Below are positions 1 to 14,180 of a stretch of 64,000 bases of DNA, piece by piece; positions within the stretch are counted from its first letter, which is position 1; the number at the start of each line of letters is the position of its first letter. Source of the stretch: the human T2T-CHM13v2.0 reference genome, Homo sapiens. Under the pieces are notes generated by a model, which searched no databases, was not told where the DNA came from, and saw nothing but the letters and a program-made list of their open reading frames with translations. The stretch lies in NCBI RefSeq assembly GCF_009914755.1, contig NC_060933.1. One strand, 5' to 3'. A program made the position numbers and the translations under genes.

Positions 1-690
1 GAACTATTTATATCAGTGTGGGTTCATGAATATTTATTTTATTATTTGGGTTATAATTCAATACTATTGTTATTTATTTTCTGGCTTAAATTTCAAACTT
101 TAGCCATTGGCAGCTCTTTCAGATTGACTCTTAGGTCCTTTTGACATGCCCATCTGTTTTTAGGACTTCTTTACTGGAATTACAAAATATTCCAGACTCT
201 TGTATTTTTTTCTGTCCAAGCCCTAGAATCAACTATCTCTCCAACGTTGCTTTGCTTTATTTTACTGAAGAATGGTATTTAGAAACCAGCATCTGAGCAT
301 CAGGTATACTTTATATGAATAGGGTATCACTGCTTCCAGTGATACCCTATCCATTACAGTAGACAGAACTAGAAAATAATGTATGCATACTAATCCATTT
401 GTACACACATAACTACATTTATTTCTGTACCTATCTGTGTGTATGTATATGTATGTAAACATGAGTTCATACTGATATCTCAGCTTCTAATCTAGCATCA
501 TAGGATTCATCCTAGCATTTCCAACTTGATTATTTGTAACTTCTTTTTCTGACAGTGAAAGTGACTGGGATCTCATGATCCACTATATATTTACTTATTT
601 GTTCAACCTAGTATACAAATACAGTAGTTTTAGGATGCTAATTCATATCTAGGCTTAATGTTTTAAAAAATTATTTAGTTTCTCTCCTCC
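1..690 (-). mobile_element. Old LINE-1 3' region fragment (L1MC/L1ME-like)
   Basis: Degenerate antisense L1 3'-region phrases (e.g. ccctagaatcaactatctctcc, gaatggtatttagaaacca); boundaries approximate. Confidence 0.55.
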
Positions 691-829
691 CCAACCCCTT
701 CATTGAGCTTATGGCATACATTTGTAACACAGTCAGTGCAGAGCACTATAGGTTTTGGTGAAGCCGTATATACACCACCACTGTCCCCTACAGAAGAGTT
801 ATATTGCTACATTGCCCTGCAAATTGCCT

Positions 830-1860
830 TGTCTGACCCATTTGTTGTTCATCCCTCCCCCATTCCCAACTCCCAGAAACTACTTATCTGTTTTCTATTC
901 CTACAGTTTTGCCTTTTCCACAATGTTTTATAAATTGAATTATACATTACATAAGCCTATGGGTCTGGGTAGTAAAATGCACTTTTAATTCATCCATATT
1001 GTTTAGAGAATCAGTAGTTTGTTTCTTTTTATTGCTGAGTAATACTCCATGGTAGGGATGTACCACAGTCTGATTACTCATTCACCCACTGAAGGACATA
1101 TGAGTTGTTTCTAGGTTTTGCCAATTATAAATAAATCTACTATAAACATTCACATATAGGTTTCTGTGTGAACATAAAATTATAATTCAATTGGGTAATA
1201 TTTGGGAATGGAACTGCTGGATCATATAGTAAGTTTGTGTTTATAATAAATTGCCAAACTTTCCCAAAATGGCTATACCATTTTGCATTTCCATCAACAT
1301 TGAATGAGAGTTTCTGTTGTTCCTTATTGTCTCTAGCACTTGATACTGTCAGGTTTTTGTTTGTTTTAATTTTAGCTATTATAAGAGTGTATAGTTGTAT
1401 TTTATTATAATTTTAATTTGTATTTTCCTAAGTATTAATGGTGTGAGTATTTTTTCATATGTTTACTTGCCATTTACATATTTGTTCTGGTAGACTGTTT
1501 AATTCTTTTGTCGGTTGGTCTCTTGGGTTGTTTGTTGCATTTTAAGTGTTCTTTACATATTCTGGGTATAATTTCCTTATGGAATATGTTATTTGCAAAT
1601 ATTTTATCCTATTCTGTAGCTTATCTGTCATTTTTAACTGAGTCTTTTGCAGAACAAAAATGTTGTTTTAGTGAAGCCCAATTTATCACTTTTTTAACAA
1701 AAATGTATAATGTTTTTGGTGTTGTATCAAAAAAATCATCAGCATACCCAAGGTCACACAGATTTTTACCTATGTTTTCTTTTCAGAGTTTTATACCTTT
1801 ACATTTCACAATTAAGTCTGTGATTAGGTTAATTTTTCTAAAATATGTAAGATGTATGTT
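830..1860 (-). mobile_element. Old LINE-1 (L1MB/L1ME-like) 3'UTR and ORF2-end fragment
   Basis: Typical antisense L1 3' text: ttttattgctgagtaatactccat, aaattgccaaact, ccattttgcatttccatcaac, tttgcaaatatttt. Confidence 0.65.
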
Positions 1861-1879
1861 GCTGCCACATTTACATTTT

Positions 1880-3820
1880 TATATAGTATGTTTTTTAAAT
1901 TATTGTAGCTATTATTATTTTCAATAGTTTTGTCTTTTAACCTCACATTAAAGACATAAGTAATTTACATGTCATCATTATAACATTAGAATATTCTGAT
2001 TTTGACTATGTACTTACATTTCTCAGTGAGTTTTATACTTACAGATGTTTTTATATTAATCATTAGCATTTTTTTCTTTCAGTTTAAAAAACTCGCTTTA
2101 GCATATTTTGTAAGACCGGTCTGATGGTGATGAAATCTCCCAGATTTTGTTTGTAAAAGAAAGTATTCTCCTTCGTTTCTGAAGAATAGCTTTGTTGGGT
2201 ACAATATTCTTGGTTGGCATTTTTTTTTCCTTTGGCACTTTGAATATATCATTCCATTGTCTCCCAGTCTGTAAGCTTTATCCTGAGTAGTTTTCTGCTA
2301 GCTCTGTTGGAACTCCCTTATATATTTTTTGCTTCCTCTCTCTTTCTGCTTTCAGAACCTTCTCTTTGTGTATGATATTTGAAAGTTCAATTATAATATG
2401 TTGTGGGGTAGTCTTATTTAGATGAAATCTGATTGGAATCCTTTTGCCTTCTTATACCTACATATTTACATCTCACTCCAGGTTTGGAGAGTTTTCTGTT
2501 ACTATTTTTTAAAATAAGGTTTCTACCCATTTATCTTTCTCTTCCCCTTCATGAGCTCTATGACATAAATTTGTTCTTTTGAAACTGCTCCATAAATCAT
2601 GTATGTGTTCTTCATTCCTTTTCATTCTTTTTTCTTCTCTGACTGTGTATTTTCGAATAACTTGTCCTCAAGTTCACAGATTCTTTTTCTGCTTAATTGC
2701 ACTGTTGATTCTTCTATTGTATTTTTCATTTTGTTTTTGTTTGGCCTCCAAGATTTCTATTTGTTTTTTTAAAATTATTTCAATCACTGTATTAAATTTT
2801 TCATTCTGATCACTTAATGTTTACCTCATTCTATTGAATCGTTTCTCTGCATTTTCATGAAGTTCACTGAGCTTCCTTAAAACAGTTATTTTGAATTATT
2901 TGTCAGGCATTTTATATATCTCCACTTCTTTACAATCAGTTACTGGTATTTTATTTTGTTCATTGGGTGAGGTTGTAGTCTACTAATGGTTCTTGATGCA
3001 TATGGTCCTGCATCACTGTCTGCACATCTGAAGAAGTAGGTACTTTTTCCAGTATTCACAGGCTGCTTTGTTTGGGAAAGTCCTGCAACAAGTGCCATGC
3101 TGGTATGGGTCAGGATCCTGGGGCAGCTGCATCCGCTGTGGCACTGCCAAAAGCCTGAGGTCCCCTATGGCATCAGCAGTATTCAGGTAGGCCAGAAGCC
3201 TGGGACAGCCACAGTTGGCATAACACTGGTTTGGGCCAGAAACCAGGGGCTGCTAAGGCCAGCCTGCTGTGGAGGGCTGTCTGGATCTTGGGGCTGCTGA
3301 TGTCAGCCCAGCATTGATGTGGAGATCAACTTTGCTACACCTGGGGCTATGTGATTCTCTTTGTCACTGAAGTAGGTCTAGCCTGACACCTGGGGCTATG
3401 TGATTCTATTTGACACTGAAGTAGGTCTAGAGACTCAGTTCATGGGTACCAACCTGAAATATGGGGCCACAGGAACCTACCTGATGCTGGATTTTACTGT
3501 CGTGGGCCCAGCATTGAGGTTCAAGACAAACTCCTGTGCTCACTTTCCTCTCTATCTGTCAAGCAGACAGTGTCTTTCCCCAAGCTGGGCTGCCTGAGGT
3601 TGAGGGATGGGTGATGCAAATAATGTAAAACTATCCTGCATACCTTCTTCAATGCATCTTTTCTTATTTTTGTGCTACAATCAGATATTCTGATCTCTTA
3701 TCTGGTTTCCTAAGTTATTGTGAAGATATTTTCATGTCTAGATAGTTATTCAAATTGATGTTTATGCAGGGGGACAATAGCTAGAGAGTTTTACTCTGCC
3801 GTCTTACGCTGTTACTCTCA
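1880..3820 (-). mobile_element. Old LINE-1 (L1M) 5'UTR/ORF1 region
   Basis: Antisense ORF1-type text (ctgaagaatagctttgttgggtacaatattcttggttggc), then GC-richer 5'UTR-like sequence ending in an AAGAYGGC-like 5' terminus near 3800-3810. Confidence 0.65.
3337..3430. repeat. 49-bp-period tandem duplication inside the L1 5'UTR
   Basis: acacctggggctatgtgattct(c/a)tttg(t/a)cactgaagtaggtctag starts at 3337 and again at 3386, with 2 mismatches. Confidence 0.95.
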
Positions 3821-4699
3821 AGGAATTGTTATTTAAATACTAGTAAAGATATTTCATTTGATAAGCTCATGTGGTAGGGCAGAAGGAGCTGCTTGTCAAG
3901 TATAATTACCACCATTCTCATAAGATGAAGCAGAGGCTTCTTTAAAAAGGAACAAAATATTCTTTGAATATAGAATTTAGGGAACTTACTAAACTGGGTG
4001 GAGTGTCTTTAAGGCTAAATGTGTAGGGCAAAAACTTGAAGCTGATGTAAGATGAAGTATAAATTTGTTTGAAATGGAAGGAGAAAAACAACAGTAACAA
4101 TTTTTGAAAATACATTGGCAAATGAACACAATGAGTAATGCTGAACTTTGATGTTTTATATTTTACATGTAAAGAAAATGTTTAAAAGAACATGACACAT
4201 TTCCAAATACAGCAAAATATGTTTAAGTGGGGGTGTATATAGTCCTAAACTGGTTTTTAAATGTAGTGATAGAGCTTTAACAGAGTTCTCAAGATGGGAC
4301 TATATCACTCATTGCTTTTGATCATCTTAATATACCCCTATCTGTAACATATCCACAATTCTATTAACTTTTATTATAAAACTCAATATATTTAAAGAGG
4401 TATGACTTGATTTATGGAACATTGCTCTGAAGAAAACTGTAATAAAGAAAAACAAGTAAAGCTGGAAATATAAAATAATACTTTCCAAAGCTCCATTTTT
4501 TATTTACTTATGTATCTAGGTTCTTATTTTTTAATACTTCAGAGAAATTTTAAGGCATATAAAAGTAAAAAATATAATTTTAAAATTACCCCTATCATTA
4601 CTACTTTAATTTTATATATATTGACATCATGTCTTATTTTCTTAGATATTTTTAAATAAATAAATAAATTATTATGGGAAAAATAAAATTCATTTGTAC

Positions 4700-6090
4700 T
4701 TCGCTCCCGATTCCATTCAGTTTCTTCCCTCCACAAGGGCTTTAGCCATCCTAAATTTAATGTCTACCTTTCCTCTTCATTTTTTGCTTGCTATTTTATC
4801 ATTATTTTTTAGCTTTTCTGTATTCATATGTGAAAGTAAATAATAAATACAAATATGTTTTTTAAAAGACATCCATACTGCATATATTTCTGCATATTTT
4901 TCATGCATCATTTTGAGAACTATTGATGTCTACACATATAAACTTATTCAGTTAGTTTAATTGCTGTATAATTGTCAACATCCAACTGTATCATATTTAT
5001 CCTATTTGATTCGCTCATTCTTTTTTTTTTATTTGCTCATTCTTTTACCATTGCTATGTGCAACTTTGTGGATCCAGCATTGTCCATAGGTGAATGAATG
5101 TCTCTTCCATATTCACTTAGATAGAAATTTACCAGGCCACATTATGCACATTTTCAATTTTTCTAGAAACTGCCAAAGTTTTCTCTAAAGTGGTTTAATT
5201 AATGCACATATCCTCAATCAAAATATGAGAATTTCAAATTGAACATGTTCTCTACAATCCTCGATATTGTGAAGCTCTTTAAATTTTTGCCAAGCTAACT
5301 AGTGTGAAATATAATCCTATGGTTGTTTTAACTCATTATTCCTTGCTTTTTACTGGAATTAAATATACTTTCCCCTTTTATTTACCGTGTATTTCTTCTG
5401 TGATTACCATTTCATGCTTATCCTTTTCTGATTGATTTGTAAACCTTAAAAATTATTTTCTGGATACTAATCTATTCGCCCATTATCTATACTAGACTGT
5501 AATTCTTTTGCTTTGAGTCTGGTTTTTATTCCTGTGTAAGTTTTTAATTTTCACACAATCATATCTGTCAATTTTGTCTTTAAGTTAATAGCTTATATTT
5601 GTTGCTTAAGAAATTATTTCTTATCTTTTTGTCATAAGATAGTCTTCCAAATTTTACTACCAATAATTTAATTTTTCCAATTTAGAGCTCTATTTCACCA
5701 AAATTAATTTTTATGTGTTATGTGATATAGGTGTCTGGCTTTTTCTCTATATAGAAAACAACGTGTCCTAATTCCATCTATGCAACAATGCTTCCTTTCT
5801 CATTGATTTGAAACGTCACTTTTAAAATCTAAGAATTTCCAAATATCCATGCGTCTTCATGGGCTCTTGGGATCTATTTGTTCAGTTCTTTGCCATCTTC
5901 ACACTATCTTAAAACTATTACTGTATTATAACTCTTGAAATTGAATAGGACAATTCCTTTTATTCTTTTTTATTTTTTAAATCTTAGCTATTCTTGGGCT
6001 TAGACATTTCTACGTAAACTTTGGCTTGTTTTTTTTAACTTTGACAAAACAATCCTGTTGGGATTTAAATGTGATTAAAATTTATAGATT
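4700..6090 (-). mobile_element. Highly diverged LINE-1 (L1ME-like) fragment
   Basis: Degenerate antisense L1 3'/ORF2 phrases (ctagaaactgccaaag, ctggatactaatc, cttagctattcttgg). Confidence 0.5.
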
Positions 6091-6416
6091 ATTTTGGGTT
6101 CTTCTCATATTTTAAATCTGCCTTAAATATTTCCACATTAAATAGCATAGACATTCAGAAGAGTACTAGAGGTTAACCAACCCATTTATATATTGTAATT
6201 AAATTATAAAAGTAAACTTATTTTAGCTGTGATATGTTGAAAAGGAAGAGAGAATTGGAAACTTTCTGTATATAGAGACTTGTTTTTGCATTTATTTTAA
6301 AAATCTGGCTAAATTAAACATCAGATCTCAAATGTTCCCATCATCTTAGATCTGTCACTGAACAGTAAACAAAGTTAGAATAAGTTTATAATAATTTAGA
6401 AGAAAATAATGTTTAA

Positions 6417-6735
<319 letters not shown>

Positions 6736-6914
6736 ATATATGCTTATTATAAAACTACTTTATTCTCAGTCCTGAGCCCAATTCTGCAATACACAAAAAG
6801 TAATTTCAGAATTGCTAGCCTATACCACTGTGAAAAACCAAATCTACTGGAGTGAAATACATTTTTACAGTTCTTTTTTCCCTGTGGGCTAGAGATATAA
6901 AGTCAAAGCATTTT

Positions 6915-8080
6915 GTTCTGTGTCTTGCTTATTTCACCTATCATAAAGACTTCTAGTTCCATCCATGTTGCTGCAAATTACAGGATTTTATTCCCTTTTA
7001 TGGATGAATAATATTCCATTGTGTGTGCGTGTATGTGTGTGTGTAGTGTGTGTGTGTGTATATATATATATACACACATTATATATATATATACACACAC
7101 ACACACTACACACACACACACACACACCACACACATTTTCTTTATCTAGTCATCTACTGATGGACACTTAGGTTGATTCCATGCCTTCGCTATTGGAAAT
7201 AGTGCTGCAAGAAACATGGGAGCGTATGTGTATCGTACATACTATTTTTATCTTCAATATACTGAGTTCCTTTCTTTTGGATATGTATCCAGTAGGGAGT
7301 AGTTCTATTTTTAGTTTTTTGAAGCATCTCTATACTGTTTTCTATAATGGCTGTACTATTTTACATTCTGACCAACAGTAAACAAGCATTCCCCTTTCTC
7401 CACATCCTCACCAGTATTTGTTATTTTTTTTGGTCTTTTTTTATGATAGCCATTCCAACTGGAGTGAGATAATATCCCATTTGGTTTCGATTTGCATTTC
7501 CCTGATGATTAATAATTTTGAACATTTTTTATATACCTGTTGGCTATTTGTCTCCTTTTGAGAAATGTCCATTCTGATCTTTTGCCCATTTTTAATTGAA
7601 TTATTTGGGGTATTTTGCTATTGAGTTGTTTGAGATTTTTATATATTTTGGTTATTAATCTCTTGTCAGATGATCGTTTGAAAATATTTTCTCCCATGCT
7701 CTCAGTCATATGTGGGAGCTAAAAATGTACCTCTCATGGAGGTAGAAAGTAGAATAGTGATTGTCAGAGGCTGGGAAGGGAAGAAGGAAGGGGAAGGATA
7801 AAGAGTAAAATGGTTAATGTGTAAAAAAATCCCTTTAGATAGCAGAAATAAGTTCAAGTATTTGATTGTACAGTATGGAAATTACAGTTAACAAAAATGT
7901 ATTGTATATTTCAAAATAACTGGAAGAGAATGTTCCCAACATAAAGAAAAGACAAATGTTGGAGGTGATGGATATCCCAGTTACCCCAATCTGATCACTA
8001 TACATTGTGTATATGTATCAAATTATCACATGTCCCTTCAAAATATAAACAACTATGATACATCAGTTAAAAAATACAAA
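6915..8080. mobile_element. L1MA 3' end with 5' inversion (6915-7697 minus; about 7695-8080 plus)
   Basis: Antisense L1 3'UTR text switches at ctcccatg to sense text (catgctctcagtcatatgtgggagctaaaa) that runs to the L1 3' end and A-rich tail. Confidence 0.8.
7020..7135. repeat. Compound (TG)n(TA)n(CA)n microsatellite
   Basis: Directly visible inside the L1MA. Confidence 0.95.
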
Positions 8081-8454
8081 AAGTCATCTTTCCAGACAAT
8101 AGGCATTTTGGACTTCTCTATTTCTTGAGCTATATTTTATTTTCTGTAATTTTAGCTGTCGATCTTACTCAAATGCCTATTTCTAGTGAGGAAACTTCAT
8201 CATAAATTATTATTGTCAACCTCACTCCCCGAAAAGTACTAACCAATTCTGATTATCCCCAGAAATCATTTAGTATCATGTAATAAAATTATGTATCTGA
8301 AAACAAGCCAAAGCGTTGCACTTAACAATTCTTTGAGTTCAATGTTAACAACTGCATGTTGCAAGGAGGTGGTGACAGATTGTCTGGAGAGGGAAACAGC
8401 AGCAGGTCACCATTGCCTTCTGGGCTTTGCCAAGAAGTTTGTATTCTGTTATTC

Positions 8455-8955
8455 TTTTTTTATGACACAATTATAATTATACATATCTATGGGGCATAAT
8501 TTGATGTTTCAATGCATCTACACATTGTATAATGATCAAATAAGGGCATTTAGTGAACCCATCACCTCTTACATTCATCATTTCTCTTTTTGCAGAAAGC
8601 CTCTCTTCTGGCTATTTTGTAATATATTATACCTTACTGTTAACTACTGTTACCTTATCATGCAATAGAACACCAGCACTTATTCTATCTAATTCTGACT
8701 TTGTACCCATTGACCAACCTCTCTTTATCCTTCTCTCTCACTCCCCTCCCCAGTCTCATAACCACTGTCCTACTCTCTACTTTTATATCAATGTGTTTTT
8801 TTAAATCCATGTATGAATGAGATCACATGGTGTTTATCCTTCTATGCCTGACTTAGAAGGTTCATCTCTGTTGTTGCAAATGATGGGATTTCATTATCTT
8901 TATGGCTGAATAGTATTTCATCATGTGTATACCACATTTTCTTTATAATTCTATC
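8455..8955 (-). mobile_element. L1MA 3' end fragment
   Basis: Antisense L1MA 3'UTR (gtacccattgaccaacctctc, catctctgttgttgcaaatg, ggctgaatagtatttc). Confidence 0.75.
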
Positions 8956-9538
8956 TAAGGACAATGAGGGCCCATTAAAGAGGTGTAAAAATGAGAGAGA
9001 CAAGCTAGACTGATGATTTAGAAAGATGACAGTGTATAGAGGATGCATTGCAGAGGGGCAAGATTGGGACTAGGAATACCAGAAAGACAGAGAAGGGGAG
9101 AGCAATCAGTTTACAAAAGCATAATTTCTAACACTCTTACCAATGACTACCAAAAATTCTTAGGTTAATTATGAGTAAATTGGTTGAAATCAGAAGTCTT
9201 TCTAAACCAGGATAAGGGACACCATGTGGAGGAGGAGGGATCAGAGTGGTTTACTGGTGCTTCCTTCACAGACATGCAAAATTCTATGTTAATGCCCTAT
9301 TTCTATGAAGGGTATTCTAGCAAAATGGAAGAAGAGAATATGTTTTGATTCAAATATAGGGTTATTTAAAAATATTATTTCTATCACCAAAGAATTGGGA
9401 ATTATAGAATCTAATGGAAAAAAGAAAAATCAAAAAAGAAAAATCTCAGAATCAAATGTAAGTTCATTAAAAAAACTTCCAAAAGACAACCACTTTATAG
9501 CAATGTGTATTTAAACCTGTCATATAGCATGAATTTTT

Positions 9539-9830
9539 TTTTTAATTGAGTTGGAGTCTTACTCTGTTGCCCAGGCTGGAGTGCAGTGGCGTGATCTTGG
9601 CTCACTGCAACCTCCACTGCCTGCGTTCAAGCAATTCTCTTGCCTCAGCCTCCTGAGTACCTGGGACTACAGCTCTGTGCCACTACACGCGGCTAATTTT
9701 TTTGTATTTTAGTAGAGATGGGGTTTCACCATGTTGGCCAAGCTGGTCTTGAACTCCTGACCTCAGGTGATCTGCCTGCCTTGGCCTCCCAAAGTGCTAG
9801 GATTACAGGTGTGAGTCACTGCACCCAGCC
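9539..9830 (-). mobile_element. AluS (Sx/Sz-like)
   Basis: Full dimer with gacctcaggtgatc; TSD-like TGAATTTTT at 9530 and 9831. Confidence 0.93.
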
Positions 9831-10409
9831 TGAATTTTTAATTAAGGCCAAATCTATATCCTCAAGAAAAGCGGAGAACATTAGAAATCTTCTGTTTATT
9901 TGAGGCAAACTATCTTCTTTTCTTGAAAACATCAAGTTAATCATGGCAAAAAAAAAATTGGGTTTATTACTTGCATTACCTGATAATTGCCTCACTTTCC
10001 TCTTTCACTTAGTATCTGAAGATATGGCTTCAGAGCCCTTCATAAAGCTCAGAAGTTAATAACATCAAATAATTTTCTTGGAATCCCATGACTGCTGCTT
10101 TATAAGCATAGCCAACTCACCAGTTCTGAGAGAAAAGAAGGAAGGTGGGGGGAAAGCCTACTGTCCTCAGAAGCTTACTGATACTTTTAGTGTCTCCAGG
10201 GGCAGTCTGATGGAAAAACAAAAACAAAACAAAACAAAAACACCTTTCAAATCCTCTTCATTCTAAGTAATGTAGATAATTAATAGTTTCTATTTTCCAA
10301 ATAGTCAACCATCGATAGCCCTTTTACATTTTAATTTGCTGCCGTGTAACGTAAATGGCCAGTATATGCCAAGCCCATAACATTTAGCAGAATTGCTTCT
10401 CAAACACAT

Positions 10410-10692
10410 TTTTATTGATTGATTGGGACAGGGTCTGGCTCTGTCACTCAGGCTGGAGGGCACGATCCTGGCTCACTGCAGCTTCCGCCTCCCAGGCCCA
10501 AGAGATCCTCCCACCTCCCACCTCCCACCTCCCATGGTGTGCGCCACTATGCCCGGCTAATACTTGTATTTTTTGTAAAGACGGGGTTTCACCATTTTGC
10601 CCAGGCTGGTCTCAAACTCCTGATCTCAAGTAATCCACCCACCTTGGGTTCCCAGTGTGTTGGGATTACAGTGGTAGCCACCGTGCCCAGCC
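10410..10692 (-). mobile_element. AluJ, diverged, with an internal (CTCCCA)n expansion
   Basis: Alu dimer with J-type features (ctcaagtaatcc, acagggtct) and heavy CpG decay. Confidence 0.88.
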
Positions 10693-11368
10693 TCAGTCAC
10701 ATTTACAAAGGGAGAATCATGACTATTAATGGTTTGGGGAAGCTGGCTATCCCCTTCCTTATATAAAGTCTAATCTTTCTAAAATCCAATAAAGAATTGT
10801 TTTTTAAAAAATATAAATGAGTCTGCACTTATTACAGTAATGAGGTAACAAAGACTAAATCTGTAATATGCTAAGAAAGTTGGAGGCCAGGAATTCTTGT
10901 CTAGTATTTTCTAAAGTAAAAGCAATACGTTAATATGCTTAACATCTAGTCTTATGGATTACATATTAGTTGGACTGAAATGTTAAAATTGCATCTCTAA
11001 CTCTAAAAGCTATCAGTGCACGGAGCATTTTGACTGTTTCAGGTATCTTTCTTCTCCAGGAGTTTCTGGGAATTTAGAGGTGTGTTGGAGTAGGGTACAG
11101 GGAAGTTGGAATAAGTTCCTTGTATTTTAAAGCCCTGTATAGGTGATACCTCTGAATTTATCGTATTGGCAGAGTCAGTGGTTTGAATACTGCCTACAAA
11201 CAATGATTTTTCAGTCATTTGTGCAATTGACAAGCATGTGCTCATTTTTTCCTAATTTTTTTTAATTGGTCAATTGACTGATACTAAGGTGGTTTGAATC
11301 AGTGGCAACTGATGGTCTGGCTGTCATTAGTACTTGGGTTGCAACAAGAAAAGAATATATACATTCAT

Positions 11369-11693
<325 letters not shown>

Positions 11694-11794
11694 TCACATG
11701 TAACTGAATCCTGTTTGAAGGTTGCAATTAAATTGGTCAATATCCACTAAACCTTTAACAACAAATGTAATATCAAATATCCATGTGATTCTCT

Positions 11795-12770
11795 ACATTT
11801 CCCAGCTTCCCATGCAGTTGGATTGGGTCAGGGTGATTGAGCTGAAGCCAATGGGTATGAGTAGAAGTGATGAAAGCTACTTCCAGGCCTGGAATTTTAA
11901 AAACATTCCACTCATTTCTCCTCTCCTTTTGCCTTGGTGTATTAGTTATCATTGTGGTGCAAAAAATTACTACAGAATTTAGTGGCTTAAACAATCTCGC
12001 AATTTCCATGGATCAGGAATTTGAGTATAATTTAGCTGAGTGCCTCTGGCTCAAAGCCTCCCAGAAGATTATCTTCAAGGTCTAAGCACGGGTCTCAAGG
12101 CTCCACTGGGGGAGGGTCCACATTCAAGTTCATGCGTATGGCTATTGGTAGGACTCAGAGCATCACTGAACCTTAGCTGAATACATCAATTCATTGTTAC
12201 ATAGGTCTCTCCATGGTGCTGCCCACATCATGTCAGCTTTCTTCTCCCACAGCAAAAACAGGTGAGGGAGGTAGAGAGAGAGAGAGAGAAGGGAAGGGGG
12301 AGGGAAGGGGGAGAGGAAGAGGAAGAGGGAGAGAGAAGGAGGAGGAGGAGGAGGAAGGAGGGGGGAGAAGACAGGATGAGTAAAACAGAAGTTAGTCTTT
12401 TTGTAACCTGATCTCAAAATTGGCATCCTATCACTTTTGCCACCTTCTATTCATTAGAAATGAGTATTTAGATCCAGCCCACATTCAAAGAAAGTGGCTA
12501 TCACAAGGGCATGAATATCACAAGAAAGGGATCGTTGGGATCAATTCTAGGAGCTGTCGACCACACATGGTAATCTTTAAGGTCACGTTTTCCAGATGGT
12601 GCAACTACAAGATGGAAGCAGCCTGGATTCTTGATACTCTGCTAATTGGAAAAATGTGAAGGACATTTCCCCAGTACACATGAGATTGTGATATGAGCAA
12701 GAAATAAACCCCTATTGCATTAAGCCCCTGAAATTTTAGAATTATTTATCACAGCAGCATTATATAAGGT
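11795..12770 (+). mobile_element. MLT1-type MaLR LTR interrupted by a second MLT1 LTR
   Basis: MLT1 5' text before 11937 (ttcccagcttcccatgcag, gccaatgggtatgagtagaagtgatg); 3' text after 12570 (aagatggaagcagcctgg, aataaacccctattg). Confidence 0.7.
11938..12565 (-). mobile_element. Nested MLT1 LTR containing a GA-rich simple repeat (about 12265-12370)
   Basis: TG...CA termini (tgtattagtt ... ccaca); 5-bp TSD CTTGG/CATGG; tttagtggcttaaacaa motif. Confidence 0.78.
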
Positions 12771-13844
12771 TAGCCTAATGCCAGTTGGTTTTTATTCCCT
12801 GGCTCCCTAAATATATACATTTCTTCATGGTTTTACACAACTTTTTTTCAAGTACCAGTGTCCATTTTGATCATTGTCATAATGATTAACAAACTTGTGT
12901 TATAATCATGGTCTATGTACATGTTAAGGGTTAAAAGGAGTAACAGGCTCTATTTCTTCTACTAGATTGGAAAACTCTTCATGACATGGGCTGAGATGTA
13001 TTTATGCACTTATTCATTCAAAAATATTAACTTCAATTGCATTTTCATGTACTCTACATTTATCTTTATAAACCTTACAGCAGTAGTTATAACAGCTACA
13101 AACACTATGAGTGTTTACTCATAGTAGGTGGGAAAATTAACTTTATAGAATGAATGAACTTAGAATCCAAGTGCATATTTGTTATCTTTGTCTGTATTTT
13201 CTCCCCTTTATCTGTTTTATATAATTATCTTCTTCTCACCCTTAAGGCCTTAGCTTAGATAGCGTTTTTTCAAGAAAGCCTTCTGAAAACCTCAAAAACT
13301 GAGCTGGGTGCCCTTTAAATTCTCCCAAGGCACACTGAGCTGTGTCCCATTGTAGGCCATATCACACTCTATGGGCATGGCTGGTCTGCTGGCATGACTT
13401 CTTTTCTAAAGCACAAATTGGTGACTTGAAAGCATTCTTGTTTTCCCAGCACTTAGTACGTACTACATAGTAGAGATGCAGTCATTTTTAGAAGAAGGAT
13501 AAATGAATGAATATCACGAATAGTACAGGCACTGTAGCTTTCCAAGAATGTCTTTGTAAGTATCTCAAAGATGAGGACATTGAAGCACCTTTAATCTGAC
13601 CAATTGATAACTTATTTGACCAGGCTACTGAGACATAATTTTTCTGATCACTGAAGGTGACTAAAGGTGGTTCATGTTTCTATAATTTAAGCAATGGAAG
13701 AGGCAGGTAGAATGAGAGAAGAGAGGCAGATATGAGCTATTAGGTGGTATTGATTCAAAGGATGAAAGCCAAACCAATACAACATGGACCACTGTGCTCT
13801 GAAAGACAGAGTAGATATGCATACAGAGATCTCAACTTATAATG

Positions 13845-14180
13845 AAAAAAAGCTGTGTATGTACAGGTCACAGGTGTGGGCATTTACATGAAATGTCCAC
13901 AATAGGCAAATACATAGAGACAGAAAATTTTAGTGGTTGAAAGGGGATGAGGAAAATGAATGGGAAGTGACTGCTAACAAGTATGAGGTTTTTTTGTTTT
14001 TTGTTTGTGTGTGTGTGTGTGTTTTGTTTTTGTTTTTGTTTTTTTGCAGAGGAAGTGTGATGAATATTCTGGAAGAAGATAGTCATGATGGTTACACAAC
14101 TTGTGAATATAAGCATAAATACCACTGAATTGTATATTTACAAGTTGAATTTTGCATGAATTATATCTCAATTAAAAAAA
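13845..14180 (+). mobile_element. L1MB-like 3' end
   Basis: gaaatgtccacaataggcaaatacatagagacagaaa ... tgaattatatctcaattaaaaaa. Confidence 0.75.
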
